Assembly (NCBI GenBank): GCA_038255435.1
Contig: JBBSLG010000016.1
Location: forward strand, 77,002 to 101,001
Reading direction: 5' to 3'
DNA length: 24,000 nucleotides
Source of the DNA: Lysobacterales bacterium
GTDB lineage: Bacteria; Pseudomonadota; Gammaproteobacteria; Xanthomonadales; Ahniellaceae
Below are positions 23,232 to 24,000 of this stretch, piece by piece (position 1 is the first letter of the stretch; every line of letters starts with the position of its first letter). The notes beneath the pieces were generated by a model that saw nothing but the letters and a program-made list of their open reading frames with translations, searched no databases and was not told where the DNA came from. The position numbers and the translations under genes are program-made.

Positions 23232-24000
23232 CCGCTGGGTACCCAGGCCTGTTGTAGAACGCGAAACAACTCAGACATTGCGGAGACCGGACTGGTCTTC
23301 GTGTTGGGGCTGGGATTGACCGCCATCAGGTCGGGTGCGCGCAGCAGCAATCCGGACATGGCGGCGGCATTGAGAAAGCGGTTTACCTGCGCTGCGTCAA
23401 GACCCGACAGGCGCAGCAGTCGTTCCGTGTTCAGGCGGTTTCGACCGAGCAGGGCGGCCAGTTCGATCGCACCGGGTTCGGCGCCGACCACACCGAAGTC
23501 GGGCCATTGGCGCAGGGTCCAGGTCGCATTCGCATCCAGCCAGGGTGCCAGACTGACCGGGCCGCGCATGCCGCTGAGCCAGCCGAGTGCAAACCCTGGC
23601 AGCGCATGGGTATCGGCAGGCGGTGATTCTGGCCAGGGACAGAGTGCCGTCAACTCAAGGTCCAGTCGGCGTATCCGTTCCCAGGTCTCGGCACTGGCGC
23701 GCGCAAACAGCAGATCATCGCGCACGTAGACGGTGTCGCCGAAAGCGCCGCTGGTGCGGTACCAGAGTCCGCGTGCGTCGCGCCGTGGCAGGGTGCGCAG
23801 CGACTCGGCAAAACTCCACGGGCCGGGGCCAAGTGCGACGATGCTGCGCGCCGTTGCCTGCGCGTCGCGCTGCTGGATCAACAGATCGGCTTCGTCGAGC
23901 ACGCTGAGCAACTGGCTGCTGCGGAAGGGATGGCGCAACTCGAAGCTGGCCCCAGGATGCCTGCTGGATCCCTCCACAATGACGATGACCGGTCGACCGG
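23228..24000 (-). CDS. Hypothetical protein, 5'-truncated by the window edge (at least 257 codons visible)
   Basis: The frame stays open past the track's GTG at 23977 to base 24000 (upstream residues ...GRPVIVIVEGSS...). I recognise no catalytic or family motif. The C-terminal part (NTERLLRLSGLDAAQVNRFLNAAAMSGLLL) looks like a small helical or winged-helix-like module. It is translationally coupled to the NTPase gene. Confidence 0.6.
   Translation of the reverse strand, partial: GRPVIVIVEGSSRHPGASFELRHPFRSSQLLSVLDEADLLIQQRDAQATARSIVALGPGPWSFAESLRTLPRRDARGLWYRTSGAFGDTVYVRDDLLFARASAETWERIRRLDLELTALCPWPESPPADTHALPGFALGWLSGMRGPVSLAPWLDANATWTLRQWPDFGVVGAEPGAIELAALLGRNRLNTERLLRLSGLDAAQVNRFLNAAAMSGLLLRAPDLMAVNPSPNTKTSPVSAMSELFRVLQQAWVPSG

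Noticed and set aside
23941-24000. Calling the truncated upstream protein a response-regulator receiver (RomR-like partner of an MglA-like GTPase).
   Set aside because: Only the last ~30 residues of any such domain are visible. The PVIVIVEGSS-to-GASFELRHPF spacing is much shorter than the canonical beta4-alpha4-beta5 of receivers, and the conserved Lys position is His. The evidence is too thin, so I kept it as hypothetical.
1-24000. Search for CRISPR arrays, tRNA/rRNA genes, transposase or integrase genes, and long direct or terminal inverted repeats marking mobile elements.
   Set aside because: I could not find regularly spaced repeats, tRNA-like cloverleaf candidates in the short intergenic regions, or recombinase-like ORFs by eye. 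A computational scan (tRNAscan-SE, Infernal/Rfam, ISfinder BLAST, self dot-plot) would be needed to exclude them formally.

Overview
High-GC (mid-60s % by eye, not computed) chromosomal segment. Gene content looks like a gammaproteobacterium of the Xanthomonadales/Nevskiales type, but that is a guess. Most of the window is housekeeping. It holds an RND exporter tail and a tightly overlapping ptrB-lptM-dapF-DUF484 chain. It also holds a periplasmic isoaspartyl peptidase, sixA, a YceI-like protein, ompR/envZ-like genes divergent from a CpxP/Spy-like gene, hemD-hemX-hemY, a MAPEG protein and modA-modB. I saw no rRNA, tRNA, CRISPR array, transposase or integrase. Three stretches look accessory or unusual. 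(1) 6066-11913 holds an orphan ParA-like ATPase convergent with a two-domain classic AAA ATPase, which is divergent from a 1172-aa secreted lysyl-endopeptidase (Lys-C/API-like) carrying a long multidomain C-terminal extension. This block sits where xerC usually follows dapF-DUF484. (2) 13152-14442 holds a signal-peptide-bearing Gly/Ala/Ser/Asn-rich low-complexity protein downstream of the CpxP/Spy-like gene, plus a repeat-rich divergent control region. (3) 22668-24000 is the tail of a minus-strand operon running off the window edge. It encodes an unrecognisable protein of at least 257 aa, translationally coupled to a small MglA/CvnD-like P-loop NTPase with a degenerate switch II, and it sits where modC would be expected. 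Region (3) is my best candidate for an undescribed module, but it is truncated and the case is moderate. Many long ORFs in the supplied track are antisense shadow ORFs typical of high-GC DNA, and I rejected them.
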